From positions 239,368-303,367 of the forward strand of contig JBLDXI010000085.1 of assembly GCA_047495785.1 (NCBI GenBank): a stretch of 64,000 nt of DNA. The letters are read 5' to 3'. Source of the stretch: Lepidodermella squamata. Its lineage: Eukaryota > Animalia > Gastrotricha. The notes beneath the pieces were generated by a model. The model saw nothing but the letters and a program-made list of their open reading frames with translations, was not told the origin of the DNA and searched no databases. Below are positions 12,156-25,321 of this stretch, in pieces (position 1 is the stretch's first letter; each line of letters opens with the position of its first letter). The translations under genes were made by a program, and so were the position numbers.

Positions 12156-12512
12156 TCAAGCTTTATACTCCTTGCATTTGTTGTTGCAATCGTCGAGTTT
12201 TATGAAAGCGAACGGCTTCACAGCATCGACTAAGCAAGAATCTTCGAGTTCGACACGAATGCATTTGTTGATATTATCGTCGAAGACGTAGGCCCATTTA
12301 GCTACGGGTTCGCAGCCGTCGTACTGGTCGCGGCGGAAGAACTCACGGTAAGCACATCGATCATGCTTCTGCCTGCCACCTGTACGACCTAGCAAGAGAA
12401 TAATTCAATAGAAGAGAATAATCTGAATGATGCCGAGACGCGACTTACATGCTACAGCCGCAGCAACAAGTAAGCACAGAGCAAAAAGTAGGCAAAATAG
12501 TTTTCGAAACAT
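12156..12512 (-). CDS. Small secreted Kunitz/BPTI-like protein, atypical spacing
   Basis: Exon 1 12512-12449 is a signal peptide (MFRKLFCLLFALCLLVAAAVA). Exon 2 12388-12156 has C-x13-C-x16-C-x8-C-x15-C-x3-C with YVFD....KC and F...DDCNNKC motifs. Confidence 0.75.
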
Positions 12513-13322
12513 GTTCAGTGATTATAGCCGAATAAGCCCAAAACCAGTGCAGAGCGTAATGAGCTCGGTTCAATGGTTTTTTTTTCACCGATTTAACGTG
12601 AGCTACGGTAACTCGTTTGAATATTAATTTGTTTTCAGCATCATGAGCATCAGATCTCATTACGTTTCGCCCGCTCTGATGAACTTACCATTGGCTTACC
12701 ATTGGCACAGGATTGGGGGGAGGCATTGAATAGGGAATAGGAATTATCAGCATTTATAAAATGAGGTCGCAGTGGGCTTAAATATATCCACTGATCAGCT
12801 TCGAAGCAGCCCATTGGCAGTGTAGCCAGCCAATTGTAACCAGCCAGTGTACCCAGATTGAGCCTTACATGGTCTAAAACGCATCAAATAGCAAGAAAAA
12901 GAACTAAAATGAATTAATTTTCTGAAAATTCCGTTAATTGCAAGGTTTATGAAATAGGAAGGCCACGCCAATAACCCCAAGATATTGCAATTCATTCAAT
13001 TCATTTTCCATAAAAACGGATCATAATGAAATTCCTGAATAGCGGAGCTACTCTCATAATTGGATTATTGATGCGCAAGTGGGGTATGACGCATTTAGCA
13101 GTTATCAGCCCACTCAAAAACCTAGCCACACAACTATCTTAGTCTATCATGCGGTAAGATGACGGACTTAGAGGGTTATATATTATTTATCGTCAAGGTG
13201 AGTAGGTGTTGCATGCGCATGGCCTAGGGAGGTAGTGGGCGGACGTAGGCGTGCTAGAATCACCTTTTTCGTTCAAGCAGGCCAGGCAGAGTCTTACCTA
13301 CGTTTTTAATCTCTTCGATAAC

Positions 13323-16300
13323 ATGAATTACATTCTTGCAGCCTCTTTCCTTCTCATCTTTGCAAGATCCACTTGTTCGCAGGCAACAATTTGCTCTGGC
13401 GCAACTTACCAGCCGCAGTATTCGCTTGTAGACTTCTCGAACTTCAAGTGGGGAGGCCAGCGTAACTATATTCTCAAAACTATATCCTTGAGCAATTCGG
13501 ACAGTGGGACAGCGGCCGCTCCTAATCTATCAGTAAGTTGTTTGCTGCTACAGCGCTTCCCAGTAGTTGAACACCCCGATGGTATCTACCGGGTTGGACC
13601 AAATTTTCTCGGACTTTAAAATCCCACTAACAAGTGACATACCTACTTTCTTGTACATACTATTTCAATTTTCCTAAAATTTTTCATGCCATGAGATGGT
13701 ACTTCGTCTTTCATTTTAGAGTTTCTGAACCCATTTTCCGTGTATTTTCACATGGACCAACCTCTTTGGCTAATTTAAATCAACGCTCTTATTTATTAAT
13801 ATTGCTATCAAAAATCATTCACCAATGTAATTTTCAACAGCCGTTCACTCTCGACGACTTTTATGCTGAAATAACCATTTCGATGGCAACATATACCATT
13901 GAGAATCCTCACCCCGGGTTCAGCGTGCTATTCAACAGTGAGACATTTGGCAGTTATGATGGAATTCTGGACATGGGTATGGCTTTCTTTCCTACCTTTA
14001 TTTTACGCCTCATGTTCCACGTATGGCCTCAGGGTTGCGCTTAACAATATCCCCGGCGACTGGCTCTGTTATTGGAGGCTGGTTTCCTTTGCCCGACGCC
14101 AAAAAATGGTTGGACATGGGCAAGAGCCAATCATGCGCTTCGTACGCCATGTGCTGGACTGGCTCGCAAACGCTGATGATGACATACCTGAGCGGGAAAA
14201 AAGTCACGTGGAAGTTACGAATGAGCCGGAACAGCGTGTCACTTTCCGCTTGCGTTTTCAACACTAGTGACTGCTTGAAAACCCTGGAGAATGCTGCGCT
14301 GCCAGCTTCCTTACAGACTACGTTCGGCGATTTGGATACTTATTTTTCGGTGATGGCTGCAACCGATAAGGCAGTCGAAGTTTACTCGATTACTGTCTGG
14401 GACTGCGCAACGGGATCAACCACAACAGTGGCTCCCACGGTTAGTAGAAAAGTTCATTAAACCCTTCCGTGAATGAATAATCGCATTGTTTGATTAAAGT
14501 GCGCCTTAAAAATCGAACTTTTGCATAAATTATTGATCCCCCGCAATGAGTGCAGATGTTATTTTCTCATGCGCTGTCGGCATTTTCTAGGTTAATCCGA
14601 GTTGATTAACTTTGCAAAATATTAGAAAAGTTCGGTGAAATCAAGTTAGTATCTCAATATCAACTTGAGTTTCGATCCTAATTTGAAGTCCTGTCTTTTA
14701 AGGAGGAAGGGAGAATCCTGGATTTTAGAAATGCTTAGAATTCGACATCCCCAAAACATTCTAATAAAGACTAATCCAAGAATACAAGAATCGGGCAGAC
14801 TGTCATAACAGCAAATACCAAAAACAGCAAACGCGACAAAACAGAAAATTTTTTCAACTTGCAGAACAGCAGAAAGTCGATGCATAGTAAGTTTTTGCTG
14901 TTTCGTTGCAAAATAAAAAAATTCTGTTTTGTCTTAATTGCTGTTCTGCGGAGTTGTTGTTTTGTCGCTGTACCAAGAATCGTCCTTCAACTAACTTCGA
15001 AAATATAACATAAAATTCGCCCAACTCCACTACTAGCCAGACATTTTTCTATTACCGGTAAAGGTCCAACCGCAAAGTCTGATGTGCTCGAAAGGAGTAT
15101 TCCAGCCGCAACTCTCGATGCAAAGCTTGATCGACCTCGTTACAAACTGGACGTACAACGTTGACCTAAAAAAATCCTACCAATACCAGGCTATGAGTTT
15201 GTCAACCGAGAATGATTCACGCGCAGCTATGTTTACGAAAGCGGTCAGTATAGATCAGCCAAAGTATTTGAGGAATTAAAGAAACTTTTGTAATTCACAG
15301 AAGTTCAATCTAACAGATTACTACGTGGAGGCAGTATTAGGCAGTCGTCTGGATTCTGCAGCCCTATTTGCCATCTCTCAAACCTGGAATTCCACTGATA
15401 CTAAAGTCACCGGTAAGCTAAATTTCCGCGAATTAGATGGAATGACACTGCATTCTTCCATTAATAGGACTTGGCATTTATCTCCCAAATGTGGATAGGG
15501 ATTCTACTGAGGATCGTGATGTTCCTTTAGGTCGATATTTGACTGCAAATTTCTTGAATAAAGACGGCGACCAGTCGAAGATACGAAATTGCAGTGGCGC
15601 CAATGCGTGCTATATGCCAAATCAGCATTTCATCACATCGTACATGCAAACGGGATCTGTTTGGCAGCTCAGAGTGAAAGGCAACGATTTTTCTTTAAAT
15701 GTGTGTCGTGCCGGTTTGAAATATTGCGCACGCGTGTTCAATGCAACTATCGACCATGGCATGGATTTCTCACGCATGAACCTATCTCTGGGAATCATTG
15801 CAGCTGATGCCCATTCAAGCGTCGGTGTGTTTTCTATCAGCGTTTGGGACTGTTCGCAAACTGCTAGTGGAACGGCTGCAACTTCGAAACCTGAACTGCC
15901 AGTTTGCTCGAACGCGGTTTTGCAGCCGCAATTTTCGATGGCTAATATAAGTCTATTCAAAGCGAACTGGGAATACGTTCAATCAAGCTGGCGACCCAGT
16001 GAGAGCTATTTTTCGGGTTATATGAAGCTCAGCGAAGTTGACTCAGCGTCATCGTGGGTGATTTCGCAGAACGTGAGAAATTTTTTCGAAAATTTGTATC
16101 AATATAAATTAAGTTTTCGAACATCACAGGCATTTAAACTCGACGATTTCACCGCTGAGATAACAATGATTCTGGAACCATATGAAGCTAATCACTCAGG
16201 GTTTGGAATTTTCCTCACTAACCAGTACTCTAAAAGTCGACAAATGCAATATGCAATTAGCGGCAGCGACAATATCGGTGAGATTCCCTGCAGTTCTTTT

Positions 16301-19021
16301 TGCCTCATTATATTATTGCTGCGTTTCAGGACTCGCCTTCATCATATCACCTGTGAAGCGAAGCATATTCGGCGGTTTTTTGGGTCCAGATCCCGATGAA
16401 ACTAAGTGGGGCAGCCGGAATAACGGCGGACCTTGTGGATCGTTTGAGTGGTGCTGGAAAGATCCGTCCAACCTGATGGATCTTTACCTTAACGGCCGGA
16501 CCGTGACGTGGAAGCTGCGAGTTACTACAACGAGTATTTCGCTTGACTTTTGCTTGGTTGAAACCAGCGATTGCATAAGAACACTCGATAAGGTCGCACT
16601 GTCTACTTCTTACCAATCGATGTTTGGCGGCATGAATTCGTATTTGATGATATCAGCCACGACTAACCAGGAGATCAATTTGAATGCAGTCAATGTATGG
16701 AACTGCGCCGATGCGAACTACGCTCCAGCGGCATCGGCAAGTTACTTAATTATTGATCTTATCGATAAATTATAAGGTACCAAAGTTTTTACTACAATTG
16801 TGCCATAGGGAAATAGCTCTATGAATTTTTAATTATTTTATTATTCAATTTTGTACTAATTTGTAATATTTAGTTTTTAATTAATTTTAATATTTCAAGG
16901 TGGATTTTTTACTATTTATTTTCTTTGAAAATCTCACAGGGCTATTTTTTCATTGTTTGAAATTTTAAGATTAGCTTGCCATAGAAAAATCATAATGGCT
17001 AGCTATATAATATTCTCTTATTTTTTGAATAATTCGCTGCCCTTTATATAAATGCGCAGCGAGATAATATTTATCCAATTATCTATTTTATCAGCAGCTG
17101 CAAGCTCACAATCTGATGTGTCCCAAAGGCATCCAGCAACAAAGATTTTCATATGAAAACAACGAAAATCCATCAAATGCTTGGGATATCTACACCAATC
17201 CTATTCAATTGCCATTCGACTACTTGTCTTTTGGTACTCTCAGGCTGTCAATGCTCAAAAATGTATCCATGTGGAGCAAAGCTGTAAGTAGATTTTATGC
17301 TCTGCGTATTGGTTTTTTTCCAACTGATCGGACTTTCAGAGCTTCAACTTGACCGACTTCTACGTTGAAGCATTGCTGACGCCAATATCTGGTGGCGTCG
17401 TTTTGATGATTGCCAACAGTTCGGTGATTATCAGGCCCGATTCTAGCGGCAACTTGAATCAATCCTTTGATATCAACGACATGATTGTCAATAAAAATTC
17501 GTTCTCAGGTTTGAGCTTTTTCAATTGAAAACATTAACCTAGTGTTTCCTGTTCACAGGCCTTGCAATCTACGCCTTGGCCACCCAAGGTGTACCTCAAG
17601 AATATTCGACGCTGAACTTGAAGAGCCAAGCCAATACTCCATGCTATCAATTGGACGGCACTCAGTCGCACTGCTTTCTCAATTGCACCACATCCGATGC
17701 GTGCTATAAACAATCGCGTTTGTTCCTGGAAACATATACCGGTTACCAATCAATTTTGCAAATTCGAATGCGGAACAAGGAAGTTACTGTCGACGTTTGC
17801 CGCGTTAATTCCAATTTTTGCTCACGAATCTTCGCCACGACATTGAGCAATAACTTGAATTTTGCCAGCATGAATAATTCATTTGGCATAAGCGCTACTG
17901 GCATACTTGATTTATCTTCGGTCAAAGTCTGGGATTGCGCAATACCTTTCACTGGAACGGGATCGGTTGAAGCATTGGCAAAGATGACAGCCGATAAGTT
18001 ACCTGAGAGCGACAAAGGCTTAGCAAATCTCCTGCCCCCATCTTCAGGCCTCTCAACATCTGACTGGTCGTCGTGCTCCACAACTTGCGGAATCGGTTTG
18101 AAATGGCGACTAACGGCGAATGGAACGAAAGAGAGCCAACAGTGCTCGAATTCAGTCCGATGCCCAGCGACGGCAGAGGAACAATCGCGCGGTGTCGATT
18201 TGATCTTTTCGCCTGTTCCAACACTGGACGGCTATTTCAAGGCGAGAAAGGCGATCAAAGTCACCCTGGCGAAGAAGGTCAGTGATGTCTGCGCGAAAAA
18301 CTACTCGAAATGCTGCCCGGTTTACACTGCAGGGACAACAAGTCCTTCTTTCAGCTACGTCGAAGCCGATGATCTGATCGATTCCAACTACGCCAATACT
18401 TCGCTGAAGGTGAATGGCTGCTGCTTCAGGGTTACGATTTTGATCAGCAAAATTACACCAAGCAAATTTTGCGAGGCTGGTGGGAAGCTGAAATCAGCCA
18501 GTAGTAGGAAGAAACGTGCGACAGCAGATTCCACTACGTTGAGCCAGGCAGATCTCAGCGCGGTGATTGCAGACCCTGATTTCAAGAAAGCACTATCGAC
18601 AGAGCTTGGCTATTTAGTCGAAACGAATGCCTGCTTACCAACTGAGAGTCGGTGCTCCGGGGAAGACGCTCTACCATCGCAGCAATCCTCTCAGTCAAGT
18701 GGCGATTCTGGATCAAGTGGACTGAGCCAAACTACGATAATTATCATTGGGTCAGTTGTGGGGGGAGTTGTAGTCCTTGGAGCTGCGATCGGCTTAATCG
18801 CTTACTTTTGCTGCGTTAAGAAGAACGCGGCGAATAAGATATCACCGCCCTATCAACCGAGCGATCGAAGGATGTCGACTGGAGTTGGAGCGAATGATTG
18901 GTATACAGATCCGAAGGCGGGGGTTTATGCTCCTCAGCGGGCTTCTTCGAACGGAATGCCGGTTCAGTTCTCCGGTCAATATCCGATTCATTCGCAGAAG
19001 CCCTACGGCAACAATTGTTGA
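13323..19021 (+). CDS. Type I membrane protein: 4 L-type-lectin/ConA-like repeats, TSP1, juxtamembrane domain with RKKR, TM, Tyr/Pro tail
   Basis: Signal peptide MNYILAASFLLIFARSTCS and about 11 exons. Repeats start C.....Q.(Q/R).S and end VW(D/N)C. WSSCSTTCGIG..R is TSP1; TM is IIIIGSVVGGVVVLGAAIGLIAYFCC; stop at 19019-19021. Confidence 0.8.
14794..14974. mobile_element. Short non-autonomous DNA element with 8-bp TSD (MULE-like ends)
   Basis: Direct repeat AAGAATCG at 14786-14793 and 14975-14982, GG...CC termini, inverted ACAGC subrepeats, and a second copy at ~8828. Confidence 0.75.
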
Positions 19022-19319
19022 CTACTGATAACTGAGTTTCAAAGATGCACGGCTTATACATCAAAACAAATACTTTTGTTACATATTTGAGTATGGTTAC
19101 ATGATCTGTAAAGAAGCTCTGTAAAGAACCCATGGTTCATGGTTCAATTAATTGTCAAATTTGACGATGATCCTGTGTGGTGTTTTATCAAATAAAAATG
19201 GGTTGAAACGACAGCTGTGTATAAGCTCACATCAAGTAAGCATTCAATAAAGCGGTCCGGAACTACCGCTGAATGCGTATTTTCGCAAATTAAAGTGTCT
19301 TCACAAGTGGGGTCCTGCA

Positions 19320-19530
19320 AACCCACCTTTGTCGGCTGTTCAATGTGTCCCTTGGCAGTCGATGCGTGCCTCAAGCTTGGAAAGAAGTGGTCATTGTGCC
19401 TATTCCGAAGGCCGGCAAGCCGCAGGACCATGTCTCGTCCCAGTATTTCCTATCTCCCTGCTGCCGACCAACGCTAAACAGCTGGAGTCGATCGTGGCTC
19501 GGTGGATGACCCAGTTTCTCGCAGAAAAGT
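19320..19530 (+). mobile_element. Non-LTR retrotransposon (LINE) RT fragment
   Basis: Frameshift-corrected translation LFNVSLGSRCVPQAWKEVVIVPIPKAGKPQD....PISLLPTNAKQLESIV is the classic start of a LINE RT domain. Confidence 0.8.
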
Positions 19531-20139
19531 ACAGGGGTGCTGGGGTGTCGCGACGCCCCGTCTCCGTGATTCCAACCCGAGGAAGGGTGAAAAAGCCACA
19601 GGGCCACAGGAGCTACCCTTTGGTTTCTTCGGCTGGAAATCCATTTCGAGATCCAACCAACTAGTCCTTCGCCAACATTTCCAGCTCATTTATCAATGTT
19701 TACCCGCTCAAATGCCGATGCGTTTAGATTTTCCAATTCGCGAATACACATGCTTGTTTACAATTTTGTTGCTCTTTAACTGCAATTAGTTGCCGAAGCC
19801 GTTATTTCTGCTCGAGACAACTTGGAAACTCCGGTCAGTCTCTTTTAAGCGATGCGAGAACCAACGTATAGTCGTGGCAACACCGTCTTCTCAACTTTAA
19901 TCTCACCGTCTCTCATGTTATAAACTTTCGCTCAAACTTAATCCCTAATCCTCGCTGTATAACTGAGCTGAATTTGTTGTTTAATTCACTGCTATGATCA
20001 GTAATTGCGAGGCCGTCACTGCGAACAGCAAACGCCTGAAAAAATCATTCAAGTGCTAATTATCACAACGGACAAGGCGAATCGTATAGAAAGAAATCAT
20101 TTTCATGCCATTATACAAAGTTTTCATATTACAGAAACT

Positions 20140-21260
20140 ATGGTATTGATCGTTTTAATAATAACCATCGTCGTTGTGGGTTTGTCTAAATTTAAAATGT
20201 AAATTAGATAACTAAGCGGTGCTTTTTCGATCAGGCTTCTCTTTTTCTGAAGCGGGGATTCCTACTGCCAGGCGACAATCGAAGCACAGAGCATGGCGGC
20301 GTATCGCCCTCGGCGACGATGCTAACACCAACTCGAATGTGAACCGTCTCGAGGGTTCGCCGTATTTCTACTATGCAATTGATGACGGCAGCGACCAAGT
20401 GGCTCCGCTGGTGCTGCCATGGTGGATCTACTACCACCCAGAACCTACGACGCCAACGGCGACGACAACGACAACGACAACAACAACAACAACAACAACA
20501 AATGCCCCGGTAAGGCTTATTTATGTAGTCCTTTATGTAGGAGGATACTCGTAGGGCTCATTTCCTATTACTGCTTAAATCCCAGATAATTGGGGCCTTT
20601 TTTAACTAAAATTTTCTTTAATGACACGATTTTACAACTCTGAACGAAGCTGAATAAATAAGAGTGGCCAAAGAAAACATGCCGGCTCTTCCCCGACCAT
20701 CAAAAATCTGAATCTTGGGACTATTTATAATGCTTCCCTCGATGAACGACGTAATGATCTAATTTCCATTAATTTTCATCGATGCTATTTTTCAGGCTGT
20801 ATTTTCTCGCTGTCTCGGTCCTGATGGCGTTGTGACATGCCGATCGACAGCCTGCGACGGTAGTGAGAAGAAATACCCGCAGACGACCTATGCCAGCAAG
20901 TCAGCATGCGAGAACGCCGTGAAAACGTTGGCATTCTACCCTATCGGCGGGCCACTCGCTAATGCCGTCACATATTGTACGAACCTCGGCGGACTGCTAG
21001 CGAGCATCAAGACCCAGGCGGAGCTTGATCTAGCCATGACGCTCAAAGGCGCATTTAACCAAGCTCACATTGGTCTGTCGAATGTATCCGGGCAATGGCG
21101 ATGGTCTGATGGCTCGCTCTACGCTAACATGCCGCCCTGGGGCACCAGCCAACCAGATGCTGGGCCCAATTCTTGTGCCGTTCTTTACACTGGGGCTGTT
21201 GTTTATGATGGAGGCTGCGGCGCGTTGGCACCTGGATTCATGTGCGAAACATTTGCCTGA
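20140..21260 (+). CDS. Secreted C-type lectin, type A (gene A2), QPD motif
   Basis: Exons 20140-20179, 20235-20509 and 20796-21260: signal peptide, conserved head peptide, poly-Thr, CTLD. Confidence 0.88.
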
Positions 21261-21542
21261 ATTGGAACACAAAATTCTGACTTTTTTCCTGAGACAATGA
21301 TATTACTCTTCCTCACCTGCAAGCTGGAAAATCTCAGGTTCCAAATTATTTGAATGTTATTCCTTATTCTTCCTTGTGTAGAAATATAATGGGCTTGCCA
21401 TTCTGTCGCTGAGAAATGTATGTATAATGCTAAATAAAAATAAAATGACAGTAGTTAGCAGGAGACGAGTTTGTAAATTTTCAGGATTTTCTGGCGAAGG
21501 ACAAAAAAATTGGGTTGGGACACTTCTTAGCTTTCAATATTT

Positions 21543-21643
21543 CGTCGCGTTGCGTTTGAAAGGAGCCACTCAATCGTTATTATTCATAAGAAATCCATCA
21601 TTATAACATTCAAATAGAGGCTCCTTTCAAACGCAATGCGACG
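21543..21643. mobile_element. ~100-bp MITE-like hairpin
   Basis: TIRs cgtcgcgttgcgtttgaaaggagcc / ggctcctttcaaacgcaatgcgacg, flanked by ATTT on both sides (possible 4-bp TSD). Confidence 0.7.
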
Positions 21644-22177
21644 ATTTCAGAAAATGATGAGTAATTAATGTCCATTAAGTCAAACAGTTAAACAACTGAA
21701 ATCCTCGCTGAATCAAGAATCAAGTAAAAACTACGCCAAGCCGTAAGGTACGTGCCAGTTAGCAGTAAAACACAAATAATTAGGGAATACTCTATGGCTA
21801 GCCATGGAGAAATGAAATTCCCCTCCGATCTGAAACCGATCGGGAACCCCGAAAACACATATTAACCCATTTTTCGGCCATGCGTAGACGATCGTATATG
21901 CCCATACGATCATGTCAAACGGCCCTCGATTAGCCGAGAGATGGAGATGAGTGAAGCCTCGGCATCATCTCGCCTTATTACGCGGGGTTTTCTTCGAAAC
22001 AAGGACACCATAAAATAAAACAGTCAAGAGTGGTTTATGAGCACGTTTCCTACTGATCAGCTTTTTATTGAAGTTCATCTGTATTCACATTATTCCCAAG
22101 AAAATTGATATCAGAAAATATTCAGAAATTGTTATAATAGATTGAAGCCTGCTGATACCATGTCAGTATTCGTTCGA

Positions 22178-23336
22178 TTATGCATAAGTTTCACAGAAAA
22201 ATGCATAGAAATTATTGCTGCACGAAAAGTCGAAAATAACAGGGCTACCGCTGAAATAGTCCATAACAGCACAAGCATCTGGACCAGCATTTGGCCGACC
22301 GGAGAGCCAAGACGGGATGTTGGCATACGGCGCACCATCGGACCACACCCATTGCCCAGACTCATTCGACAGGCCAATGTAGCCGTCCGAGACCGCCAGA
22401 GCATCGGTAGCTTCATCCTGTGTCTTGATTGTCGCCAACAGCCCGCCGATGCTCGCGCAAGTTGCAATCGCCTGGTCGCGAGTCATTGAGGTTGAGTAGA
22501 ATTTTAATGTTTTAACGGCGTTCTGGCACGCCGACATGCTGGGGAAGGACGTCGATGGGTATGGTTTCTCAGTCGCTTGGCAAGCTGTCTCTCGGCATGT
22601 CACTGCGCCATTTGTTGCAAGGCAACGGAAAACCACCTAACAATAAAACCGATTAAAGTTCGTTCAAAATTTGAAAAATTGAATTTCTCAAACTTGGTAG
22701 AATGGATAAATAACGAGAAAAAATGCAGTAGAACATTTTCTTTGCAAACTTCATAGGGCAGCAAATTTGTTACGAACATTGAGAAAGACACATGTATCAC
22801 AGCCTATAATTTTTCTCCAAAAGCAAATGATTTCTAATTCCTAATATTATGCTTTTAAATGATCTGAAAATTTGAAAATCTTATTTTTAATTCTTGAAAT
22901 TAGGTTTCAAAGCGAGTAATATTGATTTTCTCTGTGTGGTGATTTCTTATCACCATTTTTAAATAATTAATAATTCATACCGTCACAGTAGTTGTTGCCG
23001 GCGTTGTCGTCGATGTTGTCGTTGGCGTGGTCGTTTGTTTCGGGTGATAGTAGATCCACCATGGCATCAGCGGAGCCACCTCGTCGCTGCCGTCATCGAT
23101 CGCATAGTAGAAATACGGCGAACCCTCGAATCGATTCACATTCGAGTTGGTGTTAGCATCTTCGCCGAGGGCGATACGCCGCCATGCTCTGTGCTTGGGC
23201 TGCCGCCTGGCAGTAGCAAGTTCCGCTTCAGAAAAAGCGATGCCTGAGCCAGAAGAAAATAATGACTTTATGATGATACATCAATGAAGAAAGAACAACC
23301 TATGAAGGCGAGGCTTATGGAAATTATCAACTGCAT
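22178..23336 (-). CDS. Secreted C-type lectin, type A (gene A3), RPN motif
   Basis: Exons 23336-23300, 23243-22981 and 22636-22178; same architecture on the minus strand. Confidence 0.88.
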
Positions 23337-24229
23337 TGCTTATTGTTTTTTAAAATTGAAAATAATGAATTTGAAATTGACTTCTCTCATATCGATTTCG
23401 CGTGCCTTGAAATAATTAGCATCCCATTGATTTATAGGGCGTTGGGAATTTTGCTTTATGATCTGACAGCCTCGAAATTAGCGATCAATCGAGCAATAAT
23501 AAACTCAGCCCCAGGATTGGATTGTCGGCAATACTTCATGAGAAAATACGACCGAAAATTATTTTTGAGGAATTTTGTTATGGAGTATGGATACGACCAC
23601 ACTCTTGGATCAAGCTGCTAACGCAAACCAGAAAATCAATAATTTATGATCAAATCAGCAAAAAATTGTTATTTGAAATTATTACCAAGCCCTTTTGCCC
23701 ACATGACCATCTGGATGGTAATCGGGACCAGTTTTCACATGCTTGAAAGTTCATTTTCCCAATTTTGAACACAACTTCAGAATCCTCAGCTCAATTCCTA
23801 TCTCAGCAATGTGAAAAAAGTTTCGAAGTTTCAAACTTCTAATATTAAAAATGGCAGAAAAGAAAACGTTGAGCGTGGAAAGTGGAAAGCTTTCCTAGTC
23901 GGGTTTAGTTTCAAAACCAAGCCTTCAAGAACATTCTATGATTCGGGAACCTTCCAGATTATTGCATACACATTTATAAAGACTTTTTTGTTTTCTGTTA
24001 GCTACAGATCGTATTATTGTATAAAAGTTACATGCTCTTGCCCCTGCTTTTGTTCTCGGTCCTTACATTAAGGTCGAAATATGAGACAAATCCTCGCAGT
24101 TCAAATTGAAAAAACAGGTTGAATTCGTCAAAGGGGAGCCAATACTTAATAAAATCCCACAGATAAATGGTCGAAGGTCGAAAAGGCGCATTGTAACATC
24201 TTGAAGTTGCCGTAATTCTTGACTTAATT

Positions 24230-24843
24230 TCGAGCGCAGAAGTTCTACTCGTCCTAGATAGGCGTTTTCCAGTCAACCTGTGACATGGACCTTCGAAAGT
24301 TCCCATTCGATAGATCGCGTTTGGCAAGATCGAGTTTTGCATTCATCGCTCTGCCAAGCTTACAACATTCTCTGAGCTGAAAATCATAGCACCCGATGTA
24401 TTGTCTCCTATTGCCCAGTGGGCGATTCTGCCTGAGGAAACGAAGTCTGAAATCAAATTGCTGTCTGCTCCGAAGATTGGCAGCAGAGTCAGTTTTGCTG
24501 TTTTCTCCCTTACTTTTCGAAGACGACCCAGCTACTATCTTTTGAACATCATTGGCCCATGTTTGGTTCTCACATTCTTGGAACCTACTCGCTCTAAATG
24601 TTGCCCAGAATCAGGTCCTACAAAATGCCCCTAAAACTCTACAACCTATTTCTGGGCTATTTTGCGGCTGCAATGGCGAAATCCGAAATCGATTAAGAAG
24701 ATGCTGACTTCGGCTGCCTTCGCATTTCAGTCTTGGGTTTGCTGAATGCACTCGGTTTTGCTATGGCAGTGACCATCTTCTTCGGAATCAACCTGTATGC
24801 AATGTATATATCCTTAAATACGAATGAAACCGATTCGTTATGA
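24230..24843 (+). pseudogene. Degenerate Cys-loop ligand-gated ion channel fragment
   Basis: GVFQSTCDMDLRKFPFD is the Cys-loop signature; LTFRRRPSYYLLNIIGPCLVLTFL is pre-M1/M1; a hydrophobic M4-like stretch lies at ~24735-24810. Frameshifts and stops lie between. It may extend upstream to ~23500. Confidence 0.65.
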
Positions 24844-25321
24844 ATACTTTTATCCATAATTTGCATATCTTCTTATTTGATGATATCAGTGATGACGGGC
24901 TGGCTATATTGCTCGGCTCTGAAAATTAGGTCAGAGTCTCGATCTATTTGATTTCGTATTCTATCTTCTATCTTATTCTATTGTTTACCTCAGATTGATG
25001 AGACGCAACCTATATATAAATTTCCAATTTTCTAATATTTTTCTAGCTTCATAATATTTCATAATTCAGACGAGCTGGCAATTGCCTAGCTCTGAATTAA
25101 ATTAATTAATTCTTGACCTTTAACTCGAACCAAAATCAACGAATCCATTCTACAAAAATCAGCTCAATACTTCATTTATTATTTATTTATTGCTTTGGAG
25201 CTGTCAAACAGCAAACCATCTACTCCGAAAACTTAATTGGAAGGCTAATGATCACATGATGCGAGCGAATCTTTTAGAAAAATCAGTTCAATAGTTTTTT
25301 TTATAAAATATTACCAAAACC

